From: Candidatus Kuenenia stuttgartensis
GTDB lineage: Bacteria; Planctomycetota; Brocadiia; Brocadiales; Brocadiaceae
Direction: 5' to 3'
DNA length: 32,000 bases
Assembly: GCF_900232105.1 (NCBI RefSeq)
Contig: NZ_LT934425.1
Span: forward strand, 1,560,001-1,592,000
This document shows positions 27,558 through 32,000 of the stretch, in pieces. The translations under genes and the position numbers were made by a program. The notes under the pieces are model-generated. The model was given only the letters and a program-made list of their open reading frames with translations, ran no database searches and was not told the DNA's origin. Position 1 is the stretch's first letter. The number at the start of each line of letters is the position of its first letter.

Positions 27558-28508
27558 CTACTTTAAACTTCTCAAATATTCGATTACTGCATAAAACTGG
27601 CGCACACTTAACAACTCACCTATATTTCCAGGCATAATAGAGACTTCCTGCTTCTTCATATCTTCAATCTCATCTTTCGGAATAACCACCTCTTCCACAG
27701 AACCGCTTTCTTCCAGTATCAACGTAAGTTCTTCTTCAGTATCGCTTTTTATTAGTCCGTTGTAAGGGATACCATCTGCTGTTATTACAAAGACCGTCTC
27801 ATAGCCCTTTACGATAACAGCGCTTGGCTCCAAGATAGACTCAACAAAATACTGTGGAGTCTGAATTGCGCCAATGCCTGTGAGTTCTGGCCCTACTTTT
27901 TGACCCTTGCCGTTTACCATATGACATTTGCCACAAGTAACATCAAGCGATTCATCAAAAAATACCTGTTCCCCCTCTTCCGCGGTAACTGCCAAAGGTG
28001 GAACCCAAGGCTTCACCTTTGTCTTAGAAGCTTCCGGTATTTTATCCTTAAACTTCATAATGGCATCTAAATCCGGCTCCCCCCCCAGGGATTGCAAATA
28101 GGCCAGAACAGCAAGTATTTTCTCACGCGACAACATGATCGGGGGATCATACACCCTCGGCATAATCTTATCGAACCCCTCCACCACGTATTTTTCCGGG
28201 TCAATTATCGATTCTACTAAATACTCTAAACCACTGGACAAACCAAGCTCTTTCGCCCTTTCCTCCGCCCTCTCTGCCAATCCTTCCTGATCAGGCCCTC
28301 TTGTAGCACTGCCGCTGGAACCTATTTTGTGGCATGTACTACACTGCCCGTCGCCCCAGAAAATTTGCTCTCCGGCTTCAGCAGAAACACCGGTTGCTGT
28401 CCCCCCCCCGCCCGTACCAGACAAACCAGTAACATAGACGGTGATATACATGTAAAACCCTATGACAGCAACTCCAAATGCAACAATTTTTAACATCGTC
28501 TTATTCAT
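27558..28508 (-). CDS. Membrane-anchored diheme cytochrome c
   Basis: 316 aa. The N-terminal TM is MLKIVAFGVAVIGFYMYITVYV, followed by a Gly-rich linker. CSTCHKIGSSG and CGKCHMVNGKG are present. Confidence 0.8.
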   Translation of the reverse strand: MNKTMLKIVAFGVAVIGFYMYITVYVTGLSGTGGGGTATGVSAEAGEQIFWGDGQCSTCHKIGSSGSATRGPDQEGLAERAEERAKELGLSSGLEYLVESIIDPEKYVVEGFDKIMPRVYDPPIMLSREKILAVLAYLQSLGGEPDLDAIMKFKDKIPEASKTKVKPWVPPLAVTAEEGEQVFFDESLDVTCGKCHMVNGKGQKVGPELTGIGAIQTPQYFVESILEPSAVIVKGYETVFVITADGIPYNGLIKSDTEEELTLILEESGSVEEVVIPKDEIEDMKKQEVSIMPGNIGELLSVRQFYAVIEYLRSLK

Positions 28509-28633
28509 AAGCCTTCTTTTGCCTTCTTCTTACCACCATGATCTTAAAAATTTATCAACACAATCATTATTCATCATAATGAGTCAATCACTAAGGCTGT
28601 CAAATGATAAATCAATAAACAGTCTATACAACA

Positions 28634-30733
28634 CTATACTTCGGCCTCAGTTTTCACTTTTTTATCTCCCAGGTTTGCCAGCCAAAACACAAATGCCACC
28701 AAGCCAAGGAATAACGCCACAATCAAGCCAACAATCCTTCCCATATAAGCAAGCGTCGGAGTATACGCCCCTTGAGATGTATCCTGCATAAGCCCGTATA
28801 CATGCCAATCCATACGCAAGCCAGAGCGAATAAACCCCATAAGCCCCATCAAAATGACAATTACTATACATAGCATTAGCAATGCATATTGAGACCTTAC
28901 TGGCATTTTACCCCAAACTATGTCACCCACGACTTTTGCTTTACGGAATACCAAAATATCAATAACCGTATTCATAATCAAACAGCTCATCACAATCGAA
29001 ACCTGGGTCACAGATAAATAGCGTAGCACAATATTAGCCTTCTGCATAACCTGAAAACCATAATACCAAAAATAGAGCACGGCAATGCCTGCCGTCACCA
29101 GAAACAACATGGATTGCGCAAGCTTGCCTTTATTCCTGAATGTTAAAAAGGCAGCAAGACAAACAGCAAACGACTGTATATAAAGTGCTGTGACCAATGG
29201 TTTCACATAAATCTTCGTTTGTGCTTCCAGATCGACAAAACTTAACGAAACCGCATAAGAAAGCAGCATCAGCAAACAAAAGCCCAGCGCAGAGAAAATA
29301 CCTATCATGCCCACCTTGCCTTGCTCAGAAAAGCGTACTGTCTCGCCCTTATTACTTCTGCGATATATGAGAAAAGAAAAAAATGTCGACAAAATAATAA
29401 GATTTACCACTGCATTCTTGGCAGCCATGACCCCAAAATATTTTGAGAAAGGATGATACTGCTCGCCAATCATCGCCCTTTCTTCTCCGCTGAGAGGTAG
29501 ATTATGGGGGGTAAGCCATACTGCAAAACACATAAAAATAACAACATTAAGGTATTTAATATACCCCGTGTACCTCTCTGACCCCTTTATCCTTCCCATC
29601 CCAAGCCATAAATAATAGTTAGCGCCTATAAACAACATGCCGATAAGTATCGCCTGGATAATAAATGTCCATGAAAAAGCCCCACCCATCATAATATTGC
29701 CCATCACAGGACTAGCACTATAAACCTCACGTCCCAGCCAATATCCCGCAAAAGGCAATGGAATTAATGCTCCAATACCTATAAAATTCCCAACATAGCC
29801 CATCCAGTCATAATGCGCCCTTTCTTCTTTGGTCTTCGAATTTAAGAATTTAACCGCGGCATAAGCACCGACCACAAAACCGCCAAAACATACATTCGCA
29901 ATCAAACGATGAAGATTGACGGGCATCCACAGCTCATTATAAAATGCTTCGTACAAACTCAGCAGCCTGCCAGTTTTCATACTAACACCTGAAGGACTCA
30001 TCATATATGTCGCCCATGAATTAGTTATAAACATAAGCCCTGTGCCAAAGAGATTAAGCATGATGCCAAGCGCAATGTGGCACCACTTCTTCGTCGAAGT
30101 CCCTTTTAGGACATCCCACGAATAATAGTAACCATACAATGTGAACGCCTCGCCAAAAAACATTAGCGAATAGACATACATTGTTGGAGCAAACACACTG
30201 GTCAAATGGCTCATAAATTCAGGGTATAAACCGAACAAACAAAAGGCCAGCAGCCCCCCTAGCGAGGCTGTTGTTGCAAATGCAGCAGACAACAACTTGG
30301 TAAACTCCTTCGCCATCTTATCATATTTTATATCGCCGCTTTTAAATCCAACGATCTCGACAATAACCGCAAATATTGGCACACCAAGTACAAATGCTGC
30401 GAACATCAGATGCAGCTCAGACACGATCCATACAACCACACGCGAATCCAGTCCAAAGAATGACCGGTATTGAACCGGCTCCAACTCACCCTCTTCTTCG
30501 GCTGGCGCCGCGCCTTCTACCACACCTTCAGCAGTACCCTCCGCAGATTGCGGCGCTCCGGAATCCGTCTCGCCCTCAAACGCAGGCAATTCAACACCGA
30601 TGTCTTCAGCATGCGCAACAGAGAGCAGCGAGATATCCTGCCGGAAAAAAGAAAGAGCCGCACCGAATGCAATAACCAACAAAAGTACAAAAATGCTTTT
30701 TTGCTTTATCGACAATAACTTATAATTATTCAT
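28634..30733 (-). CDS. Cytochrome bd oxidase subunit I (CydA)-like polytopic membrane protein. It is enlarged and has no CydB partner.
   Basis: 699 aa. By-eye alignment to E. coli CydA gives SRVVVWIVSELHLMFAAFVLGVP vs SRLQFALTAMYHFLFVPLTLG (His19 equivalent), FFGEAF vs FFLESTF, KKWCHIALGIMLNLFGTGLMFITNSW vs VQHMCVTWLVALGSNLSALWILVANGW, and PVNLHRLIANVCFGGFVVGAY vs QVKFVHTVASGYVTGAMF (His186 equivalent). An extra N-terminal TM and an acidic Ala/Glu/Gly-rich stretch are present. No cydB-like gene lies next to it. Confidence 0.75.
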   Translation of the reverse strand: MNNYKLLSIKQKSIFVLLLVIAFGAALSFFRQDISLLSVAHAEDIGVELPAFEGETDSGAPQSAEGTAEGVVEGAAPAEEEGELEPVQYRSFFGLDSRVVVWIVSELHLMFAAFVLGVPIFAVIVEIVGFKSGDIKYDKMAKEFTKLLSAAFATTASLGGLLAFCLFGLYPEFMSHLTSVFAPTMYVYSLMFFGEAFTLYGYYYSWDVLKGTSTKKWCHIALGIMLNLFGTGLMFITNSWATYMMSPSGVSMKTGRLLSLYEAFYNELWMPVNLHRLIANVCFGGFVVGAYAAVKFLNSKTKEERAHYDWMGYVGNFIGIGALIPLPFAGYWLGREVYSASPVMGNIMMGGAFSWTFIIQAILIGMLFIGANYYLWLGMGRIKGSERYTGYIKYLNVVIFMCFAVWLTPHNLPLSGEERAMIGEQYHPFSKYFGVMAAKNAVVNLIILSTFFSFLIYRRSNKGETVRFSEQGKVGMIGIFSALGFCLLMLLSYAVSLSFVDLEAQTKIYVKPLVTALYIQSFAVCLAAFLTFRNKGKLAQSMLFLVTAGIAVLYFWYYGFQVMQKANIVLRYLSVTQVSIVMSCLIMNTVIDILVFRKAKVVGDIVWGKMPVRSQYALLMLCIVIVILMGLMGFIRSGLRMDWHVYGLMQDTSQGAYTPTLAYMGRIVGLIVALFLGLVAFVFWLANLGDKKVKTEAEV

Positions 30734-30790
30734 TAATGGTACGCCTTTTCACAAGTAAGTTACACAAACCATAAAAACCCATCATCACAC

Positions 30791-31534
30791 TTATTTTTTC
30801 TGATACACAAAATCTACGACCACTTCCCCACCGGCCGTTACGACAGCCTCACTCTTTCTCTTACCCAGCTTCTCTTGCCATACTGATATCTCATACGTAC
30901 CGGCAGGAACATTGTCTATCCTGAATTTACCATCAGCATCCGTAACCGCAAAGTAAGGATTCCCCTTCACCAAAAGGTACGAACTCATCCACTTATGAAC
31001 ATCACACGTTATTTTCACTATTTCAGGAACATCAAACTTCTTTACCATTTTGCCATTACCGGAAACACCTTCATTAAAAGCAGGGTTTCTAATCGACCAT
31101 GAGTGCAGATTATGCATAATGGGGTCACTGTTCAGCAAATTCACTTCGGTACCCGCACACACCGCAACAACGTGTGGTTCAAATACGCAGCCTTTCTGGT
31201 CCAAGGAAACAGGAGTCGTATCCAATGCCTTTCCAACCTCAATACTGTCCAAAGACACAACCGCATTCTTGATGCCCATATTGCCCGAATTAATCACCAG
31301 ATCTTCTGACGCCTTCAACCCATGACCACATGTCTGCTCATCTTTATCAATCTTCAACATCTTTGCGGCAGGCACACCACCCTCAAGCTTTACCGTACCT
31401 GCAATTGTCCCGCCGTTTTTCACTTCAATCACATTATAAACAGGCGCTTTCCCCTTTGCCATTACCGTTTGATTAACGCTCACCAAACTTAGCACAATAC
31501 CACTTACCAAGATAACAATGTTTAAGCTTTTCAT
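30791..31534 (-). CDS. Secreted cupredoxin-like protein with a CarboxypepD_reg-like C-terminal domain. First gene of the cluster and paralog of 11850..12578.
   Basis: The signal is MKSLNIVILVSGIVLSLVSVNQTVMA. Candidate Cu ligands are MHNLHS and CDVHKWM (C-x2-H-x2-M). The tail is YFAVTDADGKFRIDNVPAGTYEISVW. I prefer the ATG at 31534 because the 5 upstream codons in the track (ATGGAGGGTGGAGTG) read as its Shine-Dalgarno sequence. Confidence 0.6.
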   Translation of the reverse strand: MKSLNIVILVSGIVLSLVSVNQTVMAKGKAPVYNVIEVKNGGTIAGTVKLEGGVPAAKMLKIDKDEQTCGHGLKASEDLVINSGNMGIKNAVVSLDSIEVGKALDTTPVSLDQKGCVFEPHVVAVCAGTEVNLLNSDPIMHNLHSWSIRNPAFNEGVSGNGKMVKKFDVPEIVKITCDVHKWMSSYLLVKGNPYFAVTDADGKFRIDNVPAGTYEISVWQEKLGKRKSEAVVTAGGEVVVDFVYQKK

Positions 31535-31630
31535 CACTCCACCCTCCATACTTCCAAATATCCAAAATTAACAACAGAAACCATCTGTTAAATGCACAAC
31601 AAAATACGAATCATATCAAAACGGTCGGAT

Positions 31631-31659
31631 ATGATACTTTTGCAAAATTAAATTGTCAA
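31631..31659 (-). promoter_or_regulatory. Candidate sigma-70-type promoter for the nxr supercluster
   Basis: On the minus strand: TTGACA (31659-31654), a 17-nt spacer, then TATCAT (31636-31631). This is about 85-100 nt upstream of the first cluster gene. An 8-bp inverted repeat (31610-31617 / 31628-31635) overlaps the -10 region. Confidence 0.35.
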
Positions 31660-32000
31660 CCAGAAACTTACAGACAAACCGGTAAAAATTCTCCGACACG
31701 TGAAATTTCAGCAATAGCCAAAACACACGTACAATATGCGTGCCTTTTTCAAAAAAAATATAAAAAAATAAAATAAATTGTGTAACTAATGAATCTTCAA
31801 TTTCTTAGTTTCTCGAAAGGGGAAGGGTAGTCTATCACGACTCAAAAAAATGAGTTTCACAAATGAAATGACCGTTTCGCTTTTACAATGCAAGCCTTTC
31901 AGCGTAACGATGAAAAAATTTTTGTACTTTTTATTATTAGTTTAACGTTCTTTTCAAAATTTCAATGTCTCTCGGTTTTATTGTTTTCCCGGACTCCACA

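Noticed and set aside
30376-30718. Plus-strand ORFs (99 and 82 aa) opposite the CydA-like gene, one rich in Pro/Gln/Arg
   Set aside because: They lie antisense to the Ala/Glu/Gly-rich N-terminal region of the CydA-like protein, and their composition is explained by that complement.
31937-32000. Possible C-terminal fragment (...VESGKTIKPRDIEILKRTLN*) of a minus-strand gene entering from beyond the window end
   Set aside because: Only 20 codons are visible, another frame is also open for 12 codons, and the fragment is too short to support.
1-32000. Search for CRISPR arrays, tRNA/rRNA genes, transposases, integrases or terminal inverted repeats
   Set aside because: I found no regularly spaced direct repeats, no recognisable tRNA or rRNA sequence and no mobile-element-like ORFs. 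The only duplicated modules are diverged paralogs: the two cupredoxin-like genes, and NxrC with the NxrC-like domain.

Overview
All calls below come from reading the ORF translations and the DNA by eye, with no database search. The window is AT-rich and looks like an anammox planctomycete (Brocadiales). From memory, the right-hand 20 kb matches the nitrite oxidoreductase (nxr) locus of Ca. Kuenenia stuttgartiensis, kustd1699-1713; this needs confirmation by alignment. Bases 1-11,840 carry ordinary housekeeping genes: tdh-kbl, rsmE, an orphan RnfB-like Fe-S protein, ilvB, spoVG, ispE and rsmD on the minus strand, then prfB, glyA and gpsA on the plus strand. prfB has the classical +1 programmed frameshift, and the ORF track misses its first 23 codons. 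Bases 11,850-31,534 hold 15 co-directional minus-strand genes forming a redox supercluster. In transcription order they are: a cupredoxin-like protein; an orphan CydA-like polytopic membrane protein with no CydB; five c-type cytochromes, one fused to an NxrC-like heme-b domain; a cytoplasmic tandem-USP protein with a PCP_red-like tail; a class-II-like four-helix cytochrome c; nxrC; nxrB; a TorD/NarJ-like chaperone; an uncharacterised HExxH plus zinc-ribbon protein; Tat-signal nxrA; and a second cupredoxin-like paralog. I count 11 CxxCH motifs in six proteins. The most interesting material is the accessory part of this cluster. It includes a candidate membrane-bound heme/copper module that could replace NarI as the quinone link, the HExxH protein inside the nxrB-chaperone-nxrA core, and the USP-PCP_red protein. 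It also includes several non-coding elements: a perfect 16-bp hairpin after nxrA, repeats in two unusually long internal spacers, and a near-consensus promoter with an overlapping inverted repeat. I saw no rRNA, tRNA, CRISPR array or mobile element.
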